Shown one piece after another: positions 8,966 to 19,839 of a stretch of DNA of 63,660 nucleotides; the first letter of the stretch is position 1; each line of letters opens with the position of its first letter. Position numbers and translations under genes: made by a program. The notes under the pieces are model-generated. The model did no database searches. It was not told where the DNA came from and was given only the letters and a program-made list of their open reading frames with translations. The DNA comes from Deltaproteobacteria bacterium (GTDB taxonomy: Bacteria; Desulfobacterota; Desulfobaccia; Desulfobaccales; 0-14-0-80-60-11). The stretch is taken from the NCBI GenBank assembly GCA_016875015.1, contig VGSJ01000006.1:1-63660 (forward strand). The letters are read 5' to 3'.

Positions 8966-10203
8966 GGGGCGGCTTTCTTGAGTTGCCCGCCGGGCGCCGG
9001 GGCCGGTGGCTGTTCCGAGTTCGAAGCCGAGGTCTTGACGGGAGTCACCTGTTTACCCGGGATGGCCAAGAGAAGCCCGTTGGTGATGGCCCACTCCTGC
9101 TCCTTCAGGCCTTCGGTGATGACCGTCAGGTCCTTGACCTCGGCACCGAGTTTGACGCCCCGGCGCTGGACGACGTTTTTGTCGTCCACCAGCAACAGGT
9201 AGGGGCCCAACTGGTCGAAGCCGATGGCTACGGTGGGAACCAGCAGGGCGGACTTGTCGTGCGTCACCGGCACGCGCAGCCTGGCGAACAGCCCCGGCAA
9301 CATCATGCCCTGGGGATTGGGGAAGACCCCCCGCAGGGTCAAGGTGCCGGTGGTGGCGTTGAGGCTGATGCTGGCGAAGTCCAGGGAGCCTTGGTGGGGA
9401 TAGCCCTCCTCATTGGCCAGATTGAGATACAGGGGGATGTCCTTGCGAATCACCGCGTCCACCGATTCCTTGGTCTCCCTGGTGATGTCCAGGAGGTCGC
9501 GCTCATTTATGGTGAAGTAGACATGCAGAGGGGCGATCTGATCGACATCGGCCAGGAGGGTGGCTTCGCCGGCGCCCACCAAATTGCCGGGGTCTTTCAA
9601 CCGGCGGCCGATGCGGCCGTCGAAGGGCGAGGTCACCTTGGTGTAGCTCAGGTTGAGCCGGGCCAGGTCTCTCTGCGCCTCCGCGGACATGACCGCGGCC
9701 TGGGCCGCATCCCGCTGGTAGAGCCAGTTGTCCACATCCGTCTGGGCCGCGGCCTTCTGGGTCACCAGTTTGGTGAACCGGGCATATTCGGTCTGGGCAT
9801 GGAAGAGTTTGGCCTTCTGGGAGAGAATCTCCGCCTCCGCCTGCTTGAGTTTGGCTTCGTAGGTGTTCGGCTGGATCAGAAACAGCAGTTGCCCTTTTTT
9901 CACCCGGTCGCCGTCTTTGAAGTAGACCTGCTCTAAATAGCCCTCGACCCGGGCCTTGAGTTGCACCGTGTTGATGGCCTGGGTGTTGCCGGTGAATTCA
10001 AGGTAATTGGTCACCGGCTGTTTCACCGGCTGGTTGACCGTAACCTTGGGCGGCGGCGGCGGCATGTAAGTGTTTTTTTCGCCGCACGCGGCGCTCACCA
10101 TCAGGATCGCCGGGATTATCAGCGCACCCAGGGCGCGGGGGCGCAAACGCGCCGCCGGTCTGATTTGCCCCGCTCCGGTCCCGGCCTTTCCTTCGCTTAT
10201 CAT
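8962..10203 (-). CDS. RND membrane fusion protein (MexE/AcrA-like)
   Basis: Lipobox-like SAAC, ARVEGYL, hairpin region and LSYTKVTSPFDGR. Start is uncertain; ATG 10203 follows GAGGTGG, while the longer start at 10260 lies inside a REP-like palindrome. Confidence 0.9.
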   Translation of the reverse strand: MISEGKAGTGAGQIRPAARLRPRALGALIIPAILMVSAACGEKNTYMPPPPPKVTVNQPVKQPVTNYLEFTGNTQAINTVQLKARVEGYLEQVYFKDGDRVKKGQLLFLIQPNTYEAKLKQAEAEILSQKAKLFHAQTEYARFTKLVTQKAAAQTDVDNWLYQRDAAQAAVMSAEAQRDLARLNLSYTKVTSPFDGRIGRRLKDPGNLVGAGEATLLADVDQIAPLHVYFTINERDLLDITRETKESVDAVIRKDIPLYLNLANEEGYPHQGSLDFASISLNATTGTLTLRGVFPNPQGMMLPGLFARLRVPVTHDKSALLVPTVAIGFDQLGPYLLLVDDKNVVQRRGVKLGAEVKDLTVITEGLKEQEWAITNGLLLAIPGKQVTPVKTSASNSEQPPAPAPGGQLKKAAP

Positions 10204-10246
10204 GGACCACCACCTCATTTCGGCGCCACTGTCCTGAAAAGATTTT

Positions 10247-10535
10247 CGTAGAGTGCGCACTGCGCACCCTTGGCGGGCAGTGCCCGCCCTACACGGTTAA
10301 GAAAAGTTCTTTGAAGCTGGTGTAGGACCCCCGCCCTCGGGTGTCCCGCACCGGCTGGAAAGCCTGTGCTACCAGCCATTACCAAATTTTCATTTTTCAT
10401 ATTTTTCATAAATCTTCTCGTTCCCAAGCTTGGCTTGGGAACGCCATTGCCCGCCAAGCTTTGCTTGGTATTGGCTGGGTTCCAATCTGAGCTTGGGTTA
10501 CACGTGGGTTCCCAAGTTCAACTTGGGAACCAGGA
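10247..10535. repeat. Cluster of REP-like palindromes
   Basis: GTAGAGTGCGCACTGCGCAC, GGCGGGCAGTGCCCGCCCTAC, GTTCCCAAGCTTGGCTTGGGAAC and GGTTCCCAAGTTCAACTTGGGAACC hairpins stacked between the efflux genes. Confidence 0.75.
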
Positions 10536-10570
10536 CCATCGTTTGATCCCGTCCCGCGATTTTCTCCCGC

Positions 10571-12163
10571 TTACCATTCCGGGGCGCGAATCAGGCGGCC
10601 TTGAGCCTCCGGGGCCGGCGCCACTGCGGCCGGGGCCAGCAGACGGCCCCAATTGGTGCGCTGGGCCATGGTCTGCCTGATCTCCGCCGGCACGAAATCC
10701 TGACCTTCCCGAATCTCCCAGCCGCCCCCCAGGGCCCGGTAAACCCCCACCAGGTTCCGGGAGATGTCTCCCAGGGTGACGGCCAGGCTGTCCTGCTCGC
10801 TCAACAGGGCCTGCTGGGCGGTCAGGACGGTGGTGAAGTCGGTGATCCCCTCCCGGTACTGGAGGACGGCCAACTCCAGCGACCGCATCGCCGCAGTGGT
10901 GCTGTCGGACAGAAATCGGGACCGTTCCTGGGCTTTCAAGAACGCCACCAGGTTGTCCTCCACCTCCTGCTGGGCTTTGAGGACCGTGTTCTGATAGGCG
11001 ATGAGCGCCTCCTGGAAGCGGGCGTCCTGCACCCTCACCTCGTTGGTGATGCGGCCGTAGTTAAAGAGGTTCCACTGGAAGGAGGGGCCAAAGCCGGCGG
11101 AGCGACTCCGCCACTGGAACAGGTCGCCCATATAGAAATTGGCCACATCACTGGCCTGGAAGCCTACCGTGCCGGTCAGGGAGAAGGCCGGGTAGAGGTC
11201 GGCCTTGGCCACCCCGATGCGGCTGCATTGGGCCACCGCCCGCAATTCGGCGCTGCGGATGTCCGGCCGCCGACGCAACAGATCGGCGGGAATGCCCACC
11301 GCCACCTGGGGCGGGGGCGCGGGAATTTCCGCCTTACCCTTCAACCGGTCCGCCAGGTTGGTCGGCGGCAGGCCCAGGAGCACGCACAGGGCGTTTTGGG
11401 CCTGGCGCACCTGGGTCTCCAGGGTGGGGATGGTCGCCTGGGTATTAGCTAGAATAGTCTTGGCCTGTTGCACGTCCCGTTCTGAGGTGGTGCCGCCCAA
11501 AAACCGCGCCTCGGCGATCTGCAAGCTCTCGGTCTGGATGCGAACATTTTCTCTGGCGATGGCCAGTCGCTTTTCCAGGGTGCGGATGGCAATGTAGCTG
11601 TTCGCCACATCCGCGGTGAGGCTGACCAGGACATTGTCATAATCCGCGATGGTCGCCTCCAGGCTGGCATCCGCGGACTGGATGCCCCGGCGGAATTTGC
11701 CCCAGAAGTCCAGTTCCCAACTGGCGTTCAGCCCCACCTGGGCCTGGTTGAAGGTGAACTGGCTGGAAGAAGCCGCATCGGCGGCGCGTTCACTGAGGCG
11801 GGTTCTATCGAACGAGCCGGCGCCCTGTTGGGTTTGGGGATAGATGCCCCCGATGGCCACGCCCAGTTGGGCCCGGGCCGCCAGGACGCGCACCCCCGCA
11901 ATCCGGAGGGGCAGGTTCTCCAGGTAGGCGGTGTCGATGAGCCGGTTGAGGGCCGGATCTTTGAATGCCTGCCACCAGTCTTTATATTCCGCCGACGCGG
12001 TTTTAACCCGCTGGTCAGCCGTGTCCAGCCAGGTCTGCTCCACCTGGACCGGCGGGCGCACGTAGTCCGGCCCCACCATGGCGCAGCCCAGGACCAGCAT
12101 GGCCAGGCCGGCGACCAGGCAACCCAGCCGGGGTACCCGGCTTCTGCGGCTTTCACCCCTCAT
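10571..12163 (-). CDS. RND outer membrane lipoprotein (NodT/OprM family)
   Basis: Lipobox VLGC, VGPDYVRP, SWELDFWGK, PADLLRRRPDIR and YRALGGGW. Confidence 0.95.
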   Translation of the reverse strand: MRGESRRSRVPRLGCLVAGLAMLVLGCAMVGPDYVRPPVQVEQTWLDTADQRVKTASAEYKDWWQAFKDPALNRLIDTAYLENLPLRIAGVRVLAARAQLGVAIGGIYPQTQQGAGSFDRTRLSERAADAASSSQFTFNQAQVGLNASWELDFWGKFRRGIQSADASLEATIADYDNVLVSLTADVANSYIAIRTLEKRLAIARENVRIQTESLQIAEARFLGGTTSERDVQQAKTILANTQATIPTLETQVRQAQNALCVLLGLPPTNLADRLKGKAEIPAPPPQVAVGIPADLLRRRPDIRSAELRAVAQCSRIGVAKADLYPAFSLTGTVGFQASDVANFYMGDLFQWRSRSAGFGPSFQWNLFNYGRITNEVRVQDARFQEALIAYQNTVLKAQQEVEDNLVAFLKAQERSRFLSDSTTAAMRSLELAVLQYREGITDFTTVLTAQQALLSEQDSLAVTLGDISRNLVGVYRALGGGWEIREGQDFVPAEIRQTMAQRTNWGRLLAPAAVAPAPEAQGRLIRAPEW

Positions 12164-12462
12164 AAATTCGGTTCCGAAAAGTTTTCAAGGTGCGTCTTAC
12201 GCACCACTTGACCTGGTTGGCGGTGGGCACAGTTTTCGTAGACACTGCGCACTGCGCCTCATTGTATGGCACCCTTGCCCAAAATTCCAAGGGAAAAACG
12301 GCGCGCCGCCATGAATCTTTGCGCCCGGGAGACGTTGACGTAAGCACGAACAATCCTTACTTTAAACGCCTGGGATAATATCCGGCAAAATTGCCGGCCA
12401 AGTCCCCACCCGGCTGACCGCTTGAACCAAGATGAATTTACCACGAAAAAAAGGAGCAGGTT

Positions 12463-12900
12463 ATGGAACTTCCCGTATACGTCACCGTGGAGGAAGTGCA
12501 GCGAGTCTGCAAGGCACTGAACATCCAGGACTGGACCCAACTGACCGATGCCAAGGTAATGCCCGAGGAGGCCCGGGTGATTCTTCAGGAGGTCAACACC
12601 GAGGGCATGCCTATCCCCCTGGTGGATTTCGTCATCGGCCTGGAAGTTGAACTGGAACACGGCACCCGCTTCCAGGATGCCAACGTCACCAACAATCACC
12701 CCATCCTGACCGGCAAGATCGTCCTGGCCCACCTTAAGGAAACCATGGACTATTATCAGCGCCTGGACGTGGCCGAACTGGAGGGCGACCTGCTCAAAGC
12801 CATGGCGGCCAAAGACCTCAACAAGGCCGCCCAGAAGTACCGGAAACTGCTGAAGGCCAAACTGGCCCTGGCGGAGGCGGAATTTCTGGGGATTCCCTAA
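12463..12900 (+). CDS. DUF5661-like protein
   Basis: GLEVELEHG..NVT..KIVLAHLKE..DYYQRL motif; RBS AGGAG. Confidence 0.75.
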   Translation: MELPVYVTVEEVQRVCKALNIQDWTQLTDAKVMPEEARVILQEVNTEGMPIPLVDFVIGLEVELEHGTRFQDANVTNNHPILTGKIVLAHLKETMDYYQRLDVAELEGDLLKAMAAKDLNKAAQKYRKLLKAKLALAEAEFLGIP

Positions 12901-13056
12901 TTTAAGGAAATTGGAGGGGAGGGACAGGGGCTTTTCATAAAGCGCCCCCGGCCCTCCCCTCAAAATGCTCTCATCTCATCCTCCGGGTAGGATGCCGGGG
13001 TTGACGCCCCGGCCGGACCGCTGGGCGCGGACCGGCGTTTTAGGATCAGGCTCCGG

Positions 13057-13326
13057 CTAACCGTCCAGGGCCAGGTCCACTTCCTCGGCCAATTCGGTGA
13101 TCCGTTTCTGAACCGTCTCCAGTTCCTGGGTCAGCATTTGGGCCCGACACCTCAGATCGGCCAGTTCCTCTTTCTGGGTAGCATACGACCTGGCAGCCGG
13201 GATATCCCACCACATAGCCGGACCGTAGCCGGGGAACTCATACTCGCCCCCTAAGTGGCAATCCCTCCAACTTCTGCCGCGGCGGGGCCCACGCCCCCAC
13301 GGTCCCAGCCCGTTGAAACCTGGCAT
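13057..13326 (-). CDS. DUF5320-like small protein
   Basis: MPGFNGLGPWGRGPRRGR start with a C-terminal coiled coil (ELETVQKRITEL); GGAGG RBS before ATG 13326. Confidence 0.65.
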   Translation of the reverse strand: MPGFNGLGPWGRGPRRGRSWRDCHLGGEYEFPGYGPAMWWDIPAARSYATQKEELADLRCRAQMLTQELETVQKRITELAEEVDLALDG

Positions 13327-13633
13327 ATCCACATCCTCCCGGAGTATGGACTGATTGACGATCATCGGGCCGCGACCCGGCCCGGTCCCCTTACCTGCCA
13401 TGAGCGCACTTTTGTGCAGGGATATATTAATAGTTGACGGCCCTATTTGTCAACGGGAGATCAATGTTTTATTATTACATAGTTTATCGCATAAGTGTGG
13501 AAATTCGACACTGCAATCGCCCAACGCGCCGGGCCTCCCGGTATTTTCATCGGTTTCCCACCGATTTGCTTGCCAGATACGTGAAAAATAGGATATAAGC
13601 AAATACGATTCCCTTTAAGTTGGTAAATGAGCC

Positions 13634-14206
13634 ATGATACACATCTTACGGAGCGGTTTTTTCGGAGATAAGCGCCGTTTTTGGACGGTTCTCCTAGCAG
13701 GTGCGGTCATACTGTTTTTCGGGTGTCAGGCCCGAGAGGCGCCGTTGAGCCCCGGGGCCGCCGCTTTCAAGCAAGAATTGAAAAGTTGCTTTGACAATCT
13801 CGGCGTCACCCTGATGGAGCCGGTTGTCAAGAATGATCTGGCGGGAATCAGGGACGCTCTGGAGAAAGTCGAGTCCCCGGCGGCTAAGTTGTGCCGTTTG
13901 TGTCCTTTTGAAATCGGGGTGTTGAACCCGTCCGGCGAGACGCTGGCGGCATATCCCGTCAAAGGGGACGGTAAGGCGAAAGATTTTTCCAGCTATGACC
14001 TAGTGAAAAAAGCCATCAGCAGCAAAAAGATTCAGCAGCAGCAATTATTTTTGCAGGACGGCGCCAAACTCTATCTCGTCTGCGCCCCCCTCATCCGCGA
14101 GAATGCGTTGATCTGCCTGGTAGCCATCGCCATCAACTCCGAGGACGCGGCAAAGAAGTGGGGCGTCACGGAAAAAGAGTTCCTGTCCATGGATTTTAAT
14201 ACCTGA
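13634..14206 (+). CDS. Hypothetical lipoprotein with a Cache-like periplasmic fold
   Basis: Hydrophobic N-terminus with LFFGC, then IGVLNPSGETLA and YLVCAPL motifs. Confidence 0.6.
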   Translation: MIHILRSGFFGDKRRFWTVLLAGAVILFFGCQAREAPLSPGAAAFKQELKSCFDNLGVTLMEPVVKNDLAGIRDALEKVESPAAKLCRLCPFEIGVLNPSGETLAAYPVKGDGKAKDFSSYDLVKKAISSKKIQQQQLFLQDGAKLYLVCAPLIRENALICLVAIAINSEDAAKKWGVTEKEFLSMDFNT

Positions 14207-14299
14207 GCGCCGCCCACCGGAGGCTTGAGAGCCACAAGATGGGACCCTTTTAGGGTGACAGGGATTGACCCTCCCCCGAGAGCCAAGGAAAGCGTTAAA

Positions 14300-15436
14300 G
14301 TGCCAGGGCACGGCCACACCATTCAGGTAAGCGGCGATCCAGGGCAACAGGTCATCTTCACCGTGTCCGGCCGGATCGCCCTGGATAATCTGGAATTCTT
14401 CATCTCCGAGACCCAGGCCCGCCTCCGGGAGATGACCCCCGCCAGCCTCACGGTGGACCTGGCCGGCGTTGAGTATCTGGACAGCGCCGGGGCCCTGGCC
14501 CTGATTGAACTGGAAAGCAACGCCCGGGGCCGGTCAGTGACCTTTGAGTTCGCCAACCTCACCGACAAGGCCCGGGGCATCATGGGGCTCATCAACCCGC
14601 AAGCTCTGGTCACCCCGCCGCTCATCACCGATCGCCAGACCGGCAATTTCGTGGAACGGGTGGGTGAGACAACCCTCAAGGTCATCGACGACTACAAGCG
14701 GATGTTGATCTTCCTGGGGGAACTCCTGGGGGCCTTGACTCATGCGCTCTTCCATCCCCGGGAGGTGCGCTGGCAGGACGTGGCCTTTTACATGAAGCGG
14801 GCCGGCGTAGACGGTCTGCCCATCGTGGGCCTCATCAGCCTCCTCCTCGGCCTCATCCTCGCCTTCATGTCGTCTCTCCAACTCAAGCAGTTCGGAGCCA
14901 ATATTTATGTGGCCTCCCTGCTGGCCATTTCCATTGTCAAGGAACTGGGGCCCATCATGACCGCCATCCTGGTGGCCGGGCGGTCGGGATCGGCCTTTGC
15001 CGCGGAAATCGGCACCATGATGGTCAACGAGGAAGTGGACGCCCTCACCACCATGGGCTTCAGCCCCGTCCGCTTTCTGGCCGTCCCCAAGGTCCTGGCG
15101 ACCATGATCGTGGTGCCCCTGCTCACCCTCTATGCCGACTTCTTCGGCATCCTGGGCGGCCTGATCGTGGGCGTCGTGGGGTTGGACCTGACGGCCTACA
15201 CCTACTTGAAGGAGACCCAGACCAGCCTGACCCTGATGGATCTCATCACCAGCCTGATCAAAGCCGGGGTCTTTGCCGTGATCATCGCCGGGATCGGCTG
15301 CCAGCGGGGCTTTGAGGTCAGGGGCGGGGCCGAAGCGGTCGGCTCAGCCACCACTTCCGCGGTGGTGGCGGCGATTTTTCTCATCATTGTAACGGATTCG
15401 GCCTTTGCCCTGGTCTTCCAGTATCTTCATATCTGA
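14300..15436 (+). CDS. MlaE-family ABC permease with N-terminal STAS domain
   Basis: DLAGVEYLDSAG (STAS) and ELGPIMTAILVAGRSGSAFAAEIGTM (MlaE). GTG 14300 chosen as start; ORF track begins at 14225. Confidence 0.92.
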   Translation: MPGHGHTIQVSGDPGQQVIFTVSGRIALDNLEFFISETQARLREMTPASLTVDLAGVEYLDSAGALALIELESNARGRSVTFEFANLTDKARGIMGLINPQALVTPPLITDRQTGNFVERVGETTLKVIDDYKRMLIFLGELLGALTHALFHPREVRWQDVAFYMKRAGVDGLPIVGLISLLLGLILAFMSSLQLKQFGANIYVASLLAISIVKELGPIMTAILVAGRSGSAFAAEIGTMMVNEEVDALTTMGFSPVRFLAVPKVLATMIVVPLLTLYADFFGILGGLIVGVVGLDLTAYTYLKETQTSLTLMDLITSLIKAGVFAVIIAGIGCQRGFEVRGGAEAVGSATTSAVVAAIFLIIVTDSAFALVFQYLHI

Positions 15437-15489
15437 GGTGAGAACGGGGATGGGAAAGCTAACTGACCGGGAAACCAACGTTCCCAGAA

Positions 15490-16290
15490 TTGGATGGGGC
15501 GCCTGTGAACAACCCTGAAAATGCCCCGGTCATCGTCGTGGACCAGCTGACAGCCCGCTTCGGGGCCAACACCATCTTCGACCGGGTGAGCTTTCAGGTC
15601 AATCGCGGCGAAATCCTGGTGATCCTGGGAGGCAGCGGCTGCGGCAAGTCCACCATGCTGAAACACCTGATCGGCCTCTATAAACCCGCCACCGGCCAGG
15701 TCCTGATCAACGGCGTCAACATCAATACCGATGATGAGCGCATTTTGCGCCGGGTGCGCATGGACCTCGGGGTGCTCTTTCAGTCCGGGGCTCTCTTCGG
15801 TTCCATGACCCTGGCGGAAAATGTGTCCCTGCCCATCCAGGAATACACCGACCTGGATTCGGCCACCATCGAACTCATCGTCAGGATGAAGCTGGGCCTG
15901 GTTAACCTGGCGGGGTATGAAAACCACCTGCCGTCGGAAATCTCCGGGGGCATGCAGAAGCGGGCGGGGCTGGCCCGGGCCATGGCCCTGGACCCCACGG
16001 TCCTGTTTTTCGATGAGCCTTCCGCCGGGCTGGATCCCATCACCTCGGTGGAGCTGGACAACCTGATCAAGAGCATCAATGCCGGGATGGGGACCACCAT
16101 GGTAATTGTCACCCACGAACTGGAGTCCATTTTCAACATAGCCCACCGGGTGATCATGCTGGACAAGGAAGCCCGGGGCATCATTGCCGAAGGCGATCCC
16201 CGGGAGTTGAAGGACCACTCCACCGACCCCCGGGTGGTTAACTTTTTCAATCGCCGGCCACCGGCCGGACCCGCGCCCCGAGGAGCGTAA
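15490..16290 (+). CDS. MlaF-family ABC ATP-binding protein
   Basis: GGSGCGKS, ISGGMQKRAGLARA and FFDEPSAGLDP. Confidence 0.93.
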   Translation: MDGAPVNNPENAPVIVVDQLTARFGANTIFDRVSFQVNRGEILVILGGSGCGKSTMLKHLIGLYKPATGQVLINGVNINTDDERILRRVRMDLGVLFQSGALFGSMTLAENVSLPIQEYTDLDSATIELIVRMKLGLVNLAGYENHLPSEISGGMQKRAGLARAMALDPTVLFFDEPSAGLDPITSVELDNLIKSINAGMGTTMVIVTHELESIFNIAHRVIMLDKEARGIIAEGDPRELKDHSTDPRVVNFFNRRPPAGPAPRGA

Positions 16291-16291
16291 C

Positions 16292-17188
16292 ATGGCCAGG
16301 CAAAAAACCAATCTGATCATCGGGCTCTTTGTGATCCTGGGCGTGGTCATGGGCGTCGCCGCCATCATCTGGGTGGGCGCCACCAGCTACTTTCAGAAGG
16401 GGACGACCTACGTCAGCTATTTCGACGAGTCGGTGCAGGGCCTCCAGCTAAATTCCGCGGTCAAGTTCCGCGGCGTTGATGTGGGACTGGTGGAAAGTAT
16501 CCGGGTGGCCCCCGACAACCGCAACATTGGCGTGGTGATGAAGGTCAACATGCGGGAGAAACTGCAAAAAAATTACGTCGCACAGCTCAAATCCGCGGGG
16601 ATCACCGGCATCATGTTCGTGGAACTGGACCTCCGCAAACCCGGGGACCCGGATTTATCCCCCAAGATCGACTTCCCGTCGGAGTATCCCATCATTGCGT
16701 CCAGCCCCTCCGAGATGCAGAGGCTCGTGGCCGGCGCCAACGAAATCGTGCAAAAGTTTAATCAGATTGACGCCAAGGGCATCTCTGACCAGCTGATCAA
16801 CACCACCAAGGCCCTGGAAGAGTTGATCAAGAGCAAGCAGATAACCAGCATTCTGGCCCGGGTGGATGCCGCGGCCGGCAACCTGGACCGGCTCACCGCC
16901 CGGGCGGACAAGATCCTGGGCGAGGCCGGCCTGGATAAGACCATGGCTGAGGCCCGGGAGGCCATCAAAGGGGCGCAGGCCATGCTGGCCACCGTCAACG
17001 ACCAGCTCCTGGGCATGCAGCTCCCGGCCACCCTGGGAAAAACCCGGGAACTCACTCGCGAACTGCAAGCCACCAGCCAAAACCTGCGGCAAAGTTCCGA
17101 GACCCTGGAGATGTTTCTCCAGAGGGTCTATGACCGCCCCTCGGACCTCTTGTTCGGCAAGCCCCCCAAGAAAAGGTGGAATGAATGA
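16292..17188 (+). CDS. MlaD/MCE-domain protein
   Basis: N-terminal TM, FDESVQGL..AVKFRGVDVG and GITG..FVEL, followed by a coiled coil. Confidence 0.92.
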   Translation: MARQKTNLIIGLFVILGVVMGVAAIIWVGATSYFQKGTTYVSYFDESVQGLQLNSAVKFRGVDVGLVESIRVAPDNRNIGVVMKVNMREKLQKNYVAQLKSAGITGIMFVELDLRKPGDPDLSPKIDFPSEYPIIASSPSEMQRLVAGANEIVQKFNQIDAKGISDQLINTTKALEELIKSKQITSILARVDAAAGNLDRLTARADKILGEAGLDKTMAEAREAIKGAQAMLATVNDQLLGMQLPATLGKTRELTRELQATSQNLRQSSETLEMFLQRVYDRPSDLLFGKPPKKRWNE

Positions 17189-17907
17189 AGGCCATGACTG
17201 ACCCGAGGTGCAAGCCCCTTCCTTCTGAGCGACCCCGCCCGGGTCGGTTGACGATCCGGCCCTGGCGCCGGTCTCTGCTGGCGGCCCTGCTGGTTGCGTG
17301 CCTGGGCGGCTGCGGCAAGCCCCCGGTGCTGGTAAACCAGTACATCCTGGAATACCCGGCGCCGATGGTGGGCGGCAAGGCGAGGATCCCGGCGGACCTC
17401 AAAGTGGAGCAGTTTTCCGTGGCCCAGGCCTTCAACACCAACGCTATGGTTTATCAGCCCCAACCTTTCCAGAGCCAGTCCTATAATTACAGCCGCTGGC
17501 GCGTCAATCCCGGCTACCTGGTCACCGACTATCTCATCCGGGATTTGCGGGAATCGGGCCTCTTCAAGGCCGTGTTTGGGTCCGACAGCAGCGGCAAGCA
17601 CCGGTTCAAGCTCGAGGGCGGCGTGGCGGAATTTCAGGAACTGGATGCCGCCGACGGCTGGAAGGCGGCCCTGGCCCTGACGGTCACCCTCCTGGAGATC
17701 AATCAGGAGGAGCTTCCCCAGCGGGTGGTCTTCCAGAAAAACTACCGGGTCCTTGAGCCCCTGCCGGAGAAAACCCCCCAGGGATTGGCCCAGGGGATGA
17801 GCCGGGCCATGGAGCAGGTCTCGGCCCGGATCATCAATGACACCTACGAGGCCGCCCGGACCCGAACCACCGGCAAATATACTTATCCCAGTTGCGGTCA
17901 TCCATAA
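17185..17907 (+). CDS. ABC transport auxiliary lipoprotein (PqiC-like)
   Basis: Lipobox LGGC and YNYSRWRVNPG; located last in the MCE operon. Confidence 0.8.
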   Translation: MKAMTDPRCKPLPSERPRPGRLTIRPWRRSLLAALLVACLGGCGKPPVLVNQYILEYPAPMVGGKARIPADLKVEQFSVAQAFNTNAMVYQPQPFQSQSYNYSRWRVNPGYLVTDYLIRDLRESGLFKAVFGSDSSGKHRFKLEGGVAEFQELDAADGWKAALALTVTLLEINQEELPQRVVFQKNYRVLEPLPEKTPQGLAQGMSRAMEQVSARIINDTYEAARTRTTGKYTYPSCGHP

Positions 17908-18515
17908 CCTCAATCCTGGCCCGCCTCAAGGACCATTTGCCCCTGGAGCCGGCCCCGCCGGCCCCGCCGGCCCCGGCCCCGGACCTGGTAGCCGCCGGGG
18001 TGCTGGTGCCCCTGTTTGTTCAGGAAGAGGCGCTCCAGGTGCTGTTCACCCAGCGCACCCTGATCGTTAAGGACCATCGGGGCCAGATCGCCTTTCCGGG
18101 CGGGGTCCGGGACCCGGAGGACGCCCACCTCCTGGCCACGGCCCTCCGTGAAACCGAAGAGGAGATCGGCCTGGCCCCGGACGCGGTGGAGGTGCTGGGA
18201 ACGCTCCCCTCCGTAGCCACCATCACCGGCTACCACATCACCCCCTTCGTGGGGCTGATTCCACATCCCTACGACTTCCACCCCAGCCCCCGGGAGGTCA
18301 AGCGTCTGCTGGCCCTGCCGGTGGCGGAGTTTTACGCTCCGGCGCGCTGGCGCTCCGGCCCCTACGTTTTCCAGGGGCGCACCACCCGGGTGTGCTACTG
18401 GCAGAATGGCCAGGAAGTGGTCTGGGGCGCCACCGCCCGCATCCTTTTGAACCTGCTGGCTCACCTGGGGGTCCACCCCATACCGGGAGACCGCGAGGCC
18501 ACCTGTCTGGACTGA
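17892..18515 (+). CDS. CoA pyrophosphatase, Nudix family (NudL-like)
   Basis: LFTQR..HRGQIAFPGG, Nudix box ALRETEEEIGL and VWGATARIL. Confidence 0.9.
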   Translation: MRSSITSILARLKDHLPLEPAPPAPPAPAPDLVAAGVLVPLFVQEEALQVLFTQRTLIVKDHRGQIAFPGGVRDPEDAHLLATALRETEEEIGLAPDAVEVLGTLPSVATITGYHITPFVGLIPHPYDFHPSPREVKRLLALPVAEFYAPARWRSGPYVFQGRTTRVCYWQNGQEVVWGATARILLNLLAHLGVHPIPGDREATCLD

Positions 18516-18732
18516 CCTGGCCACCGCCGCGGGCTGGTCAGAAACGGGGACCTGCTGCCCCTGGGGGGCCACACCCGGCGCCGAAAAACCCGGGGGGTTG
18601 CCTCAATCAGGTCCTCGCCGCCAGACTGGCGTTCGCCCACCTCCCTTCCCCGGTGCGGCCCCCCTTGCATCGCCGGCCCAATTAGGCTAATTTAGCAGAA
18701 GCGGGACCGCGAGGTCCTTCACCTTAAAACCC

Positions 18733-19707
18733 ATGTGGCTCTATATCCTGAAACGTCTGGGTCTGATGATCCCCATGCTCCTGGGGATCACCCTGATTTC
18801 GTTCACGGTCATTCACCTGGCCCCGGGCACCCCCACCGACATGCAGACCACCCTCAACCCCAAGGCCTCCCTGGAGGCCCAGAAGCGCCTGCGGGAGCTC
18901 TACGGGCTGGATAAGCCCCTGATTGTGCAATACGGGGACTGGATCACGAGGCTTGCCCACCTGGACTTCGGCCGCTCCTTTTCCCCGGACCGTCGGCCGG
19001 TGTGGGACAAAATCAAGGAGCGCATCGGCATCACCCTGGGCCTCAACCTCATGAGCCTGATCATCATCTTAGGCGTGTCCATTCCCATCGGGGTGATCGC
19101 CGCCTATCGGGCCCATTCCTGGTTTGACCAGGCCACCACCCTCTTCGTCTTTTTCGGGTTCGCCATGCCCACCTTCTGGCTGGCCCTGCTCCTCATCATG
19201 TTTTTCGGGGTTTACCTGGATTGGCTGCCCATCTCCGGCCTCACCTCCCTCAACTATAGGCAATTTACCTTCTGGCAGAAGGTGCAGGATTTAGGGGCCC
19301 ACGTGACCCTGCCGGTGCTGGTGGCCGCCTTCGGCGGGCTGGCCGGCATGTCCCGGTACATGCGGGGCAACATGCTGGAAGTCATCCGCCAGGATTATAT
19401 CACCACGGCCCGGGCCAAGGGGCTGCCGGAGCGGGTGGTGATTTTCAAGCACGCGCTTCGAAACGCCCTGCTGCCGGTGATCACCATCCTGGGGCTGAGC
19501 GTGCCGGGCCTCATCGGCGGCAGCGTCATCTTCGAGTCCATCTTCGCCATCCCCGGCATGGGCCAGTTGTTCTACGGCGCGGTGATGGCCCGGGACTATC
19601 CCCTGGTGATGGGAGAGCTGGTCATCGGCGCGGTGCTGACGCTGTTGGGTAACATGCTGGCGGACCTGGGCTATGCCCTGGTGGACCCGCGCATCCGGGC
19701 GGGATGA
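18733..19707 (+). CDS. Peptide/nickel ABC permease (DppB/OppB-like)
   Basis: [31 protein letters not shown] and VDPRIR. Confidence 0.93.
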   Translation: MWLYILKRLGLMIPMLLGITLISFTVIHLAPGTPTDMQTTLNPKASLEAQKRLRELYGLDKPLIVQYGDWITRLAHLDFGRSFSPDRRPVWDKIKERIGITLGLNLMSLIIILGVSIPIGVIAAYRAHSWFDQATTLFVFFGFAMPTFWLALLLIMFFGVYLDWLPISGLTSLNYRQFTFWQKVQDLGAHVTLPVLVAAFGGLAGMSRYMRGNMLEVIRQDYITTARAKGLPERVVIFKHALRNALLPVITILGLSVPGLIGGSVIFESIFAIPGMGQLFYGAVMARDYPLVMGELVIGAVLTLLGNMLADLGYALVDPRIRAG

Positions 19708-19839
19708 GGAGAAGGTTTTTGGTTTTTAGCACGCCTGGTGCGCAGTGCGCACCCTGATCAACTTTGAACTTTGATCTTTCAACCTTGAACCTTTCGGGTC
19801 AGAGGCGGTAATCGCGGCAATCCTTATATTGCTTTTACC

